45,099 nucleotides of DNA from an uncultured Rickettsiales bacterium (lineage in GTDB: Bacteria > Myxococcota_A > UBA796 > UBA9615): positions 1-45,099 of the forward strand of contig CAZQTQ010000001.1 of assembly GCA_964596025.1 (NCBI GenBank), written 5' to 3'. Shown piece after piece: positions 7,844 to 16,636 of the stretch (positions are counted from its first letter, which is position 1; each line of letters begins with the position of its first letter). Both the position numbers and the translations under genes were made by a program. The notes under the pieces are model-generated. The model ran no database searches. It saw only the letters and a list, made by a program, of their open reading frames with translations, and had not been told where the DNA came from.

Positions 7844-10800
7844 CGGTGCAAGTCGAGCTGAGACGGGCTCCACCCCGTCCAGGTGACAACCTCTAGCCGG
7901 GGCGCAACGGCCACCCAGCGGCCCAGATGATCGGGGCTGAGCGTCCGGGCCTGGAGTTCGATGCACTCCACGGCCCGTTGTCTAGCTGCTGCGTACTCCA
8001 TGCGGTCTCCCCGCATCTCAGCGACCCTTCCGAGGGCGCAGTGGACTCGCTCTTGCTCCAAGAGGGTGCCGCCGGAGTGGGAGGATGCCGTCGAGGCGGC
8101 GGTCGCGTGGCGATAGGCCGCCTCGACGTCGCCGAGGCGCAAGGCGGTTTGTGCTGCCTCGGCGAGGCTCAAGGTGAGCGTCAGGCGCTGCTCCGTGGCC
8201 CGCAGGATGCGCTCGGCGCGCTCCAGGTGCTGTTGGGCCTCTTCCAGGCGATCGAGCCGCCGGCAGATGTGTCCGGTCACCGTCGAGGCGCGTCCAAGGA
8301 GACCGAGGGCACCGAGCTCAGAGGCCCGCTCTGCAACTGAGAGGCCGCCGGCCAAGCCCCGCTCGGGGTCGCCAGCAACCGCAGTCAGTCGTGCCAAGTG
8401 AAGATCGATCAGCAGAGCGGTCAGGGGATCGGTGTCCCCGTCCGATCGGTTGGCGGCATGTCGGTACCCATCGGCGGCGGCGGCAAACTCGCCCAGCTGG
8501 AGATCGGCTGAAGCAGCACCGGTCAGGGCTACGACCTGCCAGTGGACCAGACCCGAGGCCTGGGCCTGGGACGCAACCCCCAACCAGCGGTCCCGCGCTG
8601 CGATGAGGCTACCGGCCCGGAAGTCCACGCTGGCAATCAGATGGGACAAGCGCAGTAGGGTCGCCGGGGGCGCTTCCACCTGCAGGGCCAGGCGGAAGGC
8701 CTCCTCGACGGTCTCGATGACTCCCTCCTGGTCCTGGGTCTGCTGCTGCACGATCGCCCGCGCGGTCAGCACCTCGAGCATGCGTTCCGGCTCTCCATCC
8801 GCCAGGCTCGTCAGCGCCTGCAGATCGTCTTCGGCCCGGGACCACTCGCAGGCGGTCGTCGCCAGCGCGACCCGGGCTTCAAGGGCCTCGTGAAGAGCCG
8901 GGCTCTCAGTAATCCGAGCCGACTCGACCCACAGATCGGCCATGGCCAGGCCCGTCGCCGTCCGCCCCGAAGCCACCTCGTTCCGGGTGGCAACCGCCAA
9001 GAGTGGGATGGCCGACTCATGCATCCCAACCCGCAGGTAGGTCCGGGCGATCAGCGCGGGGCGCTCCCCGAGACCGACGGGGTGGTCGGCGTGGTCACGA
9101 GACAGGGCATGCGCACAACGGACCGCCGCATCGCTGCGCCGGTCTTCGTCCAGCAGATCCCAGGCAACCAAGCCGGCTTCCCGATCCACCAACTCCAAGC
9201 CCCAACCCGGACCCGACGGCACCTCCTGGAGGAGGCGACGGCGCACCAACATGTTGACCGCATCGACAATCTCGTCCTGCTCGACCGGCGTGTTGTCGAT
9301 AAACCACTCGAGCGAAACGGGCCGTCCGATGAGGCCAAAGTAACCCATGAACTCGACGGCGAGTGGGCTCAGCCCACTGGTGCGGACCTTCCAGCGCTGG
9401 CGTGGATCGCCTGAGGAGACGGCGAGCAGGTCGTCTTCGGTCGCCTCGCGGGCCATTCCGATCCCGGCGTCCTGCAAGAGGGCGGTGGTCCACTGCAAGA
9501 GACCCCGCGGCCACTCGTGGACCCGCTCGGCCGAGGCGCGCAGCGCAAGGCGAGTGGGCGGAACACTCCAGCCCAAAGCGGTCTGCAGGGTGATCGCAAC
9601 GTCCTCGTGGACCAGAGGAGGGATGAGAATTGGAGACCCCGCCCAGGCAGCAGAGGGGCCACTACCAGCCAGCGCAATGAGCTTGGGCCGCCCCCGACCA
9701 ACGGCATCGTCCGGCGGCTCACTCGCCAGGTGGCGAAGCAGGTCGAGGGAATCGGGGTCCATCCGATCCGCGTCGTCGAGTATGAGGGCAACTGGCGCAC
9801 CCCGGCTCAGCAACGAGAGGAGGCGCTCTGCAGCCTGGTAGCCCAAGACCCGCCGGGAGGCCGGCTCCGCCGGCCCCGCCTCGTCCACCGTGGACTCGAA
9901 GCGTTCACGGAGTTGCGGGTTGAGATCCAGAGCGGACGGAAGCGCCGGGCCCAGGAGATCCAACAGGACCGCGTTGGGGATCTTGCGGAGGTAGGCCCAA
10001 AGGGGGGCGAAGAGGCTCCGTGCGGCCGAGAAGCCAATCGCCGGATCGCTGCCGCGAGCCGTCAGCGTCACAACCCCCGTCTCAAATCGGAGGGTGTCAC
10101 GAATCTCGGCCAGCAGGCGGGTGCGACCACTGCCCGGCACCCCCTGGAACCAGTGGACCGCCGCACGCCGCTCGGAGCGTTGCAAAGCAGCAATTGAGTT
10201 ACTGACCAGAGCATCACGGCCACAGAACGCGGGCGCAAACAGCTCCGGCAAGTCGCTAAACTCCAGGGCGTCCTCTTCGGCATGCACAAAGACTGAGGGA
10301 TGGCTGCCTCCGTCCGTAATCAGGCCGTCGGAAGGCGAAGTGATGATGTCCATGCCCAGAGTGATGACCTCGGCATCCGCTTCGGCGTCCAGTCGCTCCT
10401 CCCCCTCGGTCCAAGGCGCCGCCATCGACTGCCCGTCCAACAGCTCGACGGACTCAGAGAGCGAGAGCTCGTCCAGCTCCAAGGAGATGTCGTCCAGCTC
10501 CAAGGAGATGTTGTCCGGCGGCGAGGCCTGCGGCATGGGCCGGGTGGGGGGGGGATCGCCCGGACGGCCACTCTTGTCCTCCTTCTTGCGCCGTTTCAGG
10601 ACCTCCACAATCCAATTCGGCAGCTCGTTGAGGCTGGCGTGCTTGTCGCTCCGGACCTGCAGACTTCCGTCGGGAGCCAGGTGGGAGAGGAGCTCCTCGC
10701 GCACAGCACCTGCATCAGGCGGGCGAGCGGAGGGCTCCTTTTCGAGCAGGTGATTGACCAAATCACAGAGCCCCCGGGGCAGGTGCGGCGCCAGCTCGGC

Positions 10801-11520
10801 GAGCCGAGGGGCCGGCTGGGTCACGTGGGCCATCAGGAGGTCGAAGAGCGAACCCTTGAGGAAGGGCGGCCGTCCGGAGAGCAACTCAAACAGGATGACC
10901 CCCAGGGAATAGAGGTCGGAGCGGCCGTCCAACGGGAGGTTTCTCGCCTGTTCGGGGCTCATGTAGCGGGCGGTACCCACGGTTTCGCCGACCGCGGTCA
11001 GAGGCACCATGGGATCGGCGGCCATGGGCTTGGCGATGCCGAAGTCCACCAGCCGAACCCGCCCGGACATGTCGACGAGGATGTTCTCGGGCTTGAGGTC
11101 CCGATGCAGCATGCGGTGTCCATGGAGGTAGGACAGCGCACTGCAGACCTGCACGCCCAGCGCGAGAACGGGCATGACCTCGTTTTCCGGTAAGGGCCGG
11201 GGCTCGGTACCGTGGCGAGCCTTGCGGCCGGCCACCTTCCAGAGGTCTCCGCCCGAGACCCACTCCATCACAAAGAACTCGCCGTGATCGCAGACGCCGT
11301 AGTTGTAGACCGTCACCACCCCGGGGTGGCGCATCCGGGAGATTGCGTTGAACTCGCGGCGAAACCGAAAGGCCGGCGCCACGCGACCCGCCTGCGTCCG
11401 GAGGAGCTTTACGGCGCGAAGTTCGCCGGTCTTGCAGTCGACAGCGCGGTAGACGGCCCCCATACCTCCGGCCCCCACGAGGACAAAGTCCTCCAGGCCA
11501 TCGATGGCTGGCGGAGTCAC
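7840..11520 (-). CDS. Ser/Thr protein kinase fused to an AAA_16/STAND-like ATPase and a TPR/helical-repeat region (PknK/MalT-like architecture), copy 1
   Basis: Kinase motifs are GAGGMGAVY, AVKLL, HRDLKPENIL, DFGIAK and GTARYMSPEQ. An acidic linker carries ISLELDD/ISLELDE. The P-loop is GVPGSGRT (Walker A Lys replaced by Arg, codon 10123-10125). Walker B is LILDDADR. A long helical-repeat C-terminus follows. Confidence 0.9.
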   Translation of the reverse strand: MTPPAIDGLEDFVLVGAGGMGAVYRAVDCKTGELRAVKLLRTQAGRVAPAFRFRREFNAISRMRHPGVVTVYNYGVCDHGEFFVMEWVSGGDLWKVAGRKARHGTEPRPLPENEVMPVLALGVQVCSALSYLHGHRMLHRDLKPENILVDMSGRVRLVDFGIAKPMAADPMVPLTAVGETVGTARYMSPEQARNLPLDGRSDLYSLGVILFELLSGRPPFLKGSLFDLLMAHVTQPAPRLAELAPHLPRGLCDLVNHLLEKEPSARPPDAGAVREELLSHLAPDGSLQVRSDKHASLNELPNWIVEVLKRRKKEDKSGRPGDPPPTRPMPQASPPDNISLELDDISLELDELSLSESVELLDGQSMAAPWTEGEERLDAEADAEVITLGMDIITSPSDGLITDGGSHPSVFVHAEEDALEFSDLPELFAPAFCGRDALVSNSIAALQRSERRAAVHWFQGVPGSGRTRLLAEIRDTLRFETGVVTLTARGSDPAIGFSAARSLFAPLWAYLRKIPNAVLLDLLGPALPSALDLNPQLRERFESTVDEAGPAEPASRRVLGYQAAERLLSLLSRGAPVALILDDADRMDPDSLDLLRHLASEPPDDAVGRGRPKLIALAGSGPSAAWAGSPILIPPLVHEDVAITLQTALGWSVPPTRLALRASAERVHEWPRGLLQWTTALLQDAGIGMAREATEDDLLAVSSGDPRQRWKVRTSGLSPLAVEFMGYFGLIGRPVSLEWFIDNTPVEQDEIVDAVNMLVRRRLLQEVPSGPGWGLELVDREAGLVAWDLLDEDRRSDAAVRCAHALSRDHADHPVGLGERPALIARTYLRVGMHESAIPLLAVATRNEVASGRTATGLAMADLWVESARITESPALHEALEARVALATTACEWSRAEDDLQALTSLADGEPERMLEVLTARAIVQQQTQDQEGVIETVEEAFRLALQVEAPPATLLRLSHLIASVDFRAGSLIAARDRWLGVASQAQASGLVHWQVVALTGAASADLQLGEFAAAADGYRHAANRSDGDTDPLTALLIDLHLARLTAVAGDPERGLAGGLSVAERASELGALGLLGRASTVTGHICRRLDRLEEAQQHLERAERILRATEQRLTLTLSLAEAAQTALRLGDVEAAYRHATAASTASSHSGGTLLEQERVHCALGRVAEMRGDRMEYAAARQRAVECIELQARTLSPDHLGRWVAVAPRLEVVTWTGWSPSQLDLHR
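10471..10512 (-). repeat. 21-bp tandem duplication inside the kinase-1 acidic linker (ISLELDD/ISLELDE)
   Basis: On the plus strand gtccagctccaaggagatgtc is followed immediately by gtccagctccaaggagatgtt. Confidence 0.85.
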
Positions 11521-11548
11521 GCTGGCGCCGTGCAGACCAGGCAGCGTT

Positions 11549-14500
11549 CTAGCCCCTTCTCCGCCCCGTCGTCGTCATCCGACGGCGCATGTCGGCCCGT
11601 AGGCCGTCCACCTGGGAGCGGAGCTGTACATCGCTGAGGGCCCGACTTGAGCGATCGAGCGAGGCCAAGAGCGGGGCCACGGCCAAGGGCGACTGACGCT
11701 GGAGGATTTCGGCGTCCTGAAGGAAGGAAGCAGCCCGGGCTTCCTCGCCGCTCCGGATCGCGAGCTCTGCACTCAACACGGCCCGAGCGACCCGGTTCTC
11801 GTGAGGCCCAGTAGGGGTCGCCATGCCCGTCTTTGCTTCGTCCAGGCGCCGGGCAGCATGCTCGAGATCGTCGCTCCCCAGAGCCATCGCCGCAATGGAG
11901 AGGAGGACGGGAACGTTGCTGACCTCCCTCTTGCGGCCGAGGATAAGCGCTGTGTCGTAGGCCCGCTGCGCGTGGTCGAGACGCCCATCGACCCGCTCGA
12001 CCTCAGCCCGGAAATACCACAGTCGCTGCAGATCCTGCCAAGAGGCGCGCTGCCGCAGCAACGTGCGAAGTCGCTCCAACTCCTTGCGAGCGCGGGGCAG
12101 ATCGTCGCTGGCCACAGCCAGCGGCAAGCTCGCTATCAGGGCCGCCATCACCAAGGCCTCGTCCTTGAGCTGGTGCGCCAGCTGCCCAGCGGCGGTGCTC
12201 CGCGTCTCGGCCTCGTCGAGGTCTCCAGCGAGATAGTAGAGCTCGGCCAGCTCGGTCAAGGCCCGGCACTGCCACGGCAGACTCTGGATCACGCGGGCCG
12301 TCTCCAGAGCGTGCTGAAGGGAATCAAGGGCCTCACGTGGGCGACCGGCACGACGCAGGGCTTCAGCGTGAAGGAGAAAGGCCCGGGTGCGTTCCACCGA
12401 CGCTGGACTGGCCAGCCAGAGCGGATGAAGCATGTCCAGCGAGGCCGCCAGAGACGAGGCACTGGCCGGGGGCTCCTGCACCTCGTGATCCAAGACGGCA
12501 GCGAGAACCTGGAGATCAGTCTCCTCCTCGCTCCGAAGCAGAGTCCCCGCCATCGACAAGCGTTCCAGCCCGCGATGGACCGCCTTCCAAGCCGAGCGCA
12601 GCTCCCAACGGTTCCTAAGAAGGTGAGCTGCCTCCAGGTCGTTCCGGACGCTGCGATCGTAATCGCCGCAGGCAGCCCGGCTGTCAGCAGCTTCGAGCAG
12701 TCGTTCCGCCCGACCGGGGCCCATACGCCCCGACTCCAAGACCTCGGCCCATGCGCGATGTAGCTCCACCCGCCGCTTGAGGTCGATGCCTTCACGGATG
12801 CTGTTGGCCAAAACGAGGTGGACCAGTCGAGGACCCTCATCCCTCACCTCGACCAGTGCCGACATCACCAAAGTGCTGAGTGCAGCCTCCACACGGTGGG
12901 CTGCCAGACCAATCCAAGAGGCCGCCGCCACGAGGTCTTCCTGGCGGGCCCTCTCCTTTACCAGGGACAGGAGCTCCAGGGTGCCTCGGGTGGCCTCGGA
13001 GTCGCGTGAATCTTGGATTGCGTCATTCGCCCTGGACTGGAGGATGGCGTCCAGCTTCAGGGCACCGGCAGTCGACGGTGTGTCCCCCCGGAGAACGTAG
13101 CCGTCCGGCCCCCAGCGGAGGCGTTGCGTCTCGTCCAGGGAGCGGGCGATCTGCTGGGCTGCGCGCGGATCACCCTTGGCCCAACGTGCGATCTCAAGCC
13201 CAAGCTCCGGCTGCGTGCCAGCCGTGTGCCCCAGGACCGCAGCCACCGCCGGATCGGCGAGCGGGCCCATGGGCAAGACCAAGGTCTCGGGCTGGGCATG
13301 AATCATCATCCAGCCTGGCGAACTCACGGTCTCGTCGTGGGCCAGCTCGTCACGAGCGGTCGCCACAACCGCAATCGGCAGGTCGTCTTCGGCGGCAAAG
13401 AGGGTTTGGAAGAAGACCAGCAGCGCTTCGTCGCGTCCGCGATCCATGTCCTCCAACCAGAGGAGGAGCGGGCGCCTCCGAGCCAAGACTCGAAGAAGCT
13501 CCACTGCAGTTGCTGCCTCCTCGCGTTGGCGGGGGCGCCGTCCACGGCCGGGCTCGAGTACCGAGAGCAGGCGGGGCACTAGGTCGGCATCGGGCGGATA
13601 GCCCGCTTCGGCCAGGACCCTGCGCACCCGCCCCTCACGCAGGTCCGAAGGAAGGGTGTGCAGACGAAGAATGCGGTGCAGAAGGCGTCTAAGTCCCCCG
13701 GCCCCGGAACCGTCGGCCCGAAAGCGCACATGGTGGGACCGAGCAACTCCGACCTCCTCAGCCACCGCAGCCAGTTCGCTGGCAAAGCGAGTCTTTCCGC
13801 GACCTGGAGGCCCCTCGATAACGACGAACACCGGGCGCCGGGCCCAAGATGCCTTGGCGATGTGCTCCCACGCCTTCGCCCACTCTTCCTCTCGGCCCTG
13901 CAGGGGGGCATCCCGCATGGACAAGAGGGCGTAGGAGACGGTGGGAACCGCTGGCCCGGACGGTTCCACGTCTGCGATCTTGGCCCGCCCTTCCTCCCAG
14001 GCCTCGTCCGGCGGTCGGTCCACAGCCCAAGAGGGAGGCAAGACGATCTCCCGGCTGGTTCCCGGCTTCAAATCGAGGGTGGACTCACATTCGATGATGT
14101 CGCTCATCGGCTCGATCGACGTCGGATCGGTATCTCGGTCTTCCGCCCCCTTGACCGACTCCATCATGAGGTCGGTACCCTCGGCACTGAGCGCGCGCGG
14201 GCCGGTGGTCAGATCCGCAGCGAAGTCCACCGGCAGACTGCGCCGCACGTCTGCGGCCCAACCAAAGCGATGGGCCGTGTCCGGTGCCAAGAGCCGGAGT
14301 AAGAAGCGACGCAGGGGTACCCCCAGCACCGTCAGAGGCTGGAGCGGCACCGCAAACTGAGAGGCAATCCGCTCCTTCCAGATCTCGTCGGAATGAGTTC
14401 CTGGGAAAGGCAAGACCCCAAGAAGCAGCTCCGCGATGACGACGCCCAAGGAGTAGAGATCTGTCCAGGGTCCGAGATCGCCACGCGGCCCCAGCGCCTG

Positions 14501-15130
14501 CTCAGGGGCCATGTAGTGCCGCGTCCCGGGGACAAGGCCGACCATGGGGGTGGTCATGGAGACCGCAGCCGGGGTCTCGTCGAGGGCGCGTGCTCCCGTG
14601 GTCCAGGTCGCGATTCCAAAGTCGAGAATGTGAACCCTGGGCTCGGCAGAGTCCTCGGACAAGAGGATATTCGAGGGCTTGAGGTCCATGTGGATGACGC
14701 CTTGCCCGTGGGCATAAGCCAGGGCCTCGAGAGCCTGGTCGGCGATCTTTCGTACCCAGAGCCACGGCCTTGGCCTCCCTGTCCAGTTGGACAGCGGCTT
14801 GCCCGGAACGAAGTCGAAGACCAGGGCCGGAACCGGATCCGTCACCGAGTCCAAACAGAGACGGGTACGATCCAGGAGGGCGACGAGGTTGGGATGGTTG
14901 AGCCGGGCGACGGTGTGTGCCTCGGCCACCAGCCAGCGCTCGGCATCCGAGACGCTGCCACCACCGCGAGGAAACTTCAGCGCGACCGAACGCTCGAGTG
15001 CGGTGTCTTCTGCCCGCCAGACCTCACCCATCCCGCCGCGTCCGAGGAACTCCACAAGCCGGTAGCGACCGTCCTCCGACGGAAGGCCCAACCAGCGGGT
15101 ATTGCCGGCTTCAGTGGGGTGTTCAGCCAC
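11549..15130 (-). CDS. Ser/Thr protein kinase fused to an AAA_16/STAND-like ATPase and a TPR/helical-repeat region, copy 2 (non-RD kinase)
   Basis: Kinase motifs are GRGGMGEVW, VALKF, HMDLKPSNILL (HRD Arg replaced by Met, codon 14687-14689), DFGIAT and GTRHYMAPEQ. The Walker A GPPGRGKT is canonical and Walker B is LLLWLEDMDR. GTG start 15130 is preceded by AAGGA. Confidence 0.9.
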   Translation of the reverse strand: MAEHPTEAGNTRWLGLPSEDGRYRLVEFLGRGGMGEVWRAEDTALERSVALKFPRGGGSVSDAERWLVAEAHTVARLNHPNLVALLDRTRLCLDSVTDPVPALVFDFVPGKPLSNWTGRPRPWLWVRKIADQALEALAYAHGQGVIHMDLKPSNILLSEDSAEPRVHILDFGIATWTTGARALDETPAAVSMTTPMVGLVPGTRHYMAPEQALGPRGDLGPWTDLYSLGVVIAELLLGVLPFPGTHSDEIWKERIASQFAVPLQPLTVLGVPLRRFLLRLLAPDTAHRFGWAADVRRSLPVDFAADLTTGPRALSAEGTDLMMESVKGAEDRDTDPTSIEPMSDIIECESTLDLKPGTSREIVLPPSWAVDRPPDEAWEEGRAKIADVEPSGPAVPTVSYALLSMRDAPLQGREEEWAKAWEHIAKASWARRPVFVVIEGPPGRGKTRFASELAAVAEEVGVARSHHVRFRADGSGAGGLRRLLHRILRLHTLPSDLREGRVRRVLAEAGYPPDADLVPRLLSVLEPGRGRRPRQREEAATAVELLRVLARRRPLLLWLEDMDRGRDEALLVFFQTLFAAEDDLPIAVVATARDELAHDETVSSPGWMMIHAQPETLVLPMGPLADPAVAAVLGHTAGTQPELGLEIARWAKGDPRAAQQIARSLDETQRLRWGPDGYVLRGDTPSTAGALKLDAILQSRANDAIQDSRDSEATRGTLELLSLVKERARQEDLVAAASWIGLAAHRVEAALSTLVMSALVEVRDEGPRLVHLVLANSIREGIDLKRRVELHRAWAEVLESGRMGPGRAERLLEAADSRAACGDYDRSVRNDLEAAHLLRNRWELRSAWKAVHRGLERLSMAGTLLRSEEETDLQVLAAVLDHEVQEPPASASSLAASLDMLHPLWLASPASVERTRAFLLHAEALRRAGRPREALDSLQHALETARVIQSLPWQCRALTELAELYYLAGDLDEAETRSTAAGQLAHQLKDEALVMAALIASLPLAVASDDLPRARKELERLRTLLRQRASWQDLQRLWYFRAEVERVDGRLDHAQRAYDTALILGRKREVSNVPVLLSIAAMALGSDDLEHAARRLDEAKTGMATPTGPHENRVARAVLSAELAIRSGEEARAASFLQDAEILQRQSPLAVAPLLASLDRSSRALSDVQLRSQVDGLRADMRRRMTTTGRRRG

Positions 15131-15170
15131 GGGATTTCATCCTTGGGGAAGCTGCCGAGAAGGAGAAGTA

Positions 15171-15186
15171 GGCTGGTATTCTGCCA
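15171..15186 (-). promoter_or_regulatory. Weak sigma54-like -24/-12 element upstream of the kinase operon
   Basis: The minus strand reads TGGCAGAATACCAGCC. GG/GC spacing is correct, but the -12 is CAGC rather than TTGC. It sits in the 61-bp divergent region between the kinase-2 and FHA-bEBP genes. Confidence 0.25.
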
Positions 15187-15191
15187 CTCGA

Positions 15192-16586
15192 ATGGCATCC
15201 GCGGCCAACCACACCAGCAAGACAGCTCTCGTCCCTGAAGGCCGAGGGGCTGGCACTGGGGGAGTCCTCCTTCGGGTCAACGCCACCGTGATCGACGGGC
15301 CAGACCTCGGCCTGACGGCCCCACTTACGGCAGAACCGGTGGTAATCGGCAAGTCGGACGGCTGCGACATCGTCCTGACCGACAGCGCGGTGTCCAAGCG
15401 CCACCTGGAGCTGAAGGTCGAGGGCTCCACACTGCGCATTCAGGATCTGGAGAGCACCAACGGCACCTTCATCGGGAAGAACCGCATCATCGAGAGCATC
15501 GTCCCGGTGGGCTCGGTCGTCACCCTGGGACGGACGCGCATCCACCTCCGCTCCGAGGACGACCCCCTCCTCCTGACGCCGTCTTCCGAGACGCAGTTCG
15601 GGGACCTGGTGGGCCAATCGGTGGCCATGAGGCAGGTCTTTGGCATCCTCGAGCGGGTCTCGGGGCGGGATGTCAGCGTCCTCCTCGACGGTGAGACCGG
15701 CACCGGCAAGGAGTTGGCCGCCCGCGCCATTCATGAACACTCGGGCCGAGCCCAGGGCCCCTTTGTCTGCCTGGATTGCTCGGCCGTCGCTCCAGAGTTG
15801 GTGGAGAGCCAGCTCTTTGGGCACCGCAAGGGGGCCTTTACCGGTGCCATGCAGGACCGCCAGGGGGTCTTCGAGAGCGCTGAGGGCGGCAGCATCTTCC
15901 TTGACGAGCTCGACTCCTTGCCCTTGGACCTGCAGCCCAAGCTCTTGCGGCTGCTCGAGACCCGTGAGGTAACACGCCTGGGAGAGTTCAAACCCCGCCC
16001 CATCGACGTCCGCATCGTGGCGGCCTGCGGCCGCTCGCCAGAAGACGCCGTTGCCCGGCGCGAGCTGCGCCGAGACCTCTACTTCCGCCTCGCCGTCGTT
16101 CGAGTCACCCTGCCCAGCCTTCGCGACCGCCTCGACGATCTTCCACTGCTCGTGAAGACGCTGTTGGAACGAATCGGCAAGCAGCCGCTCACGGTGGAGG
16201 AGGGCCCCGGCCTGAGCCGCCTGAGCCAGCATCCGTGGATGGGGAACGTCCGCGAACTGCGCAACGTCCTGGAGCGAGCCATCCTGCTGGCGCCGACGGG
16301 GGTCAAGGGCCTGGACGATCTGCCGCTGCGCTTAAGCCCCATCCTCAACGACGGAGCGGAGACTGTGAGCCAAGGGCTCGGTGCGGCCCAGCTGCGCCTG
16401 CCCTACAAGGAGGCCAAGGAAGAGGCGCTGGCCCGGTTCGAGCGGCAGTACCTGAGCGCGGCCTTGTCCCGCAACGGGGCCAATCTGAGCAAGACGGCCC
16501 GAGATGTGGGCTTGACGAGGCACCACCTCCGTAAGCTCCTGCGCCAACACCGACTGATCGCGGCGAGCGCCAAAGGCAAGACCTAA
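15192..16586 (+). CDS. Sigma54-dependent transcriptional activator (bEBP) with an N-terminal FHA domain and a C-terminal Fis-type HTH
   Basis: FHA domain: VVIGKSDGCDIVLTDSAVSKRHLELKVEGSTLRIQDLESTNGTFIG. AAA+ sigma54 module: GETGTGKELAARAIH, ESQLFGHRKGAFTGA, GSIFLDELD. HTH tail: NLSKTARDVGLTRHHLRKLL. I chose ATG 15192 because track start 15102 would overlap the divergent kinase gene. Confidence 0.9.
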   Translation: MASAANHTSKTALVPEGRGAGTGGVLLRVNATVIDGPDLGLTAPLTAEPVVIGKSDGCDIVLTDSAVSKRHLELKVEGSTLRIQDLESTNGTFIGKNRIIESIVPVGSVVTLGRTRIHLRSEDDPLLLTPSSETQFGDLVGQSVAMRQVFGILERVSGRDVSVLLDGETGTGKELAARAIHEHSGRAQGPFVCLDCSAVAPELVESQLFGHRKGAFTGAMQDRQGVFESAEGGSIFLDELDSLPLDLQPKLLRLLETREVTRLGEFKPRPIDVRIVAACGRSPEDAVARRELRRDLYFRLAVVRVTLPSLRDRLDDLPLLVKTLLERIGKQPLTVEEGPGLSRLSQHPWMGNVRELRNVLERAILLAPTGVKGLDDLPLRLSPILNDGAETVSQGLGAAQLRLPYKEAKEEALARFERQYLSAALSRNGANLSKTARDVGLTRHHLRKLLRQHRLIAASAKGKT

Positions 16587-16636
16587 GCAGCTTGCTGACC
16601 CTCGGCCGAGGCAACTCCGCTGCCCTCCGCCTGCGC

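Noticed and set aside
6075-15130. Kinase + methyltransferase (+ the alkaline-phosphatase-family gene at 43551-45097) as a Pgl/BREX-type phage-defence system.
   Set aside because: The MTase is a small (264-aa) TrmN6/MTS-like protein, not a large PglX-type enzyme. The phosphatase-family gene lies ~29 kb away in an unrelated context and shows NPP-type rather than PglZ features. No PglY/BrxC-like gene is present.
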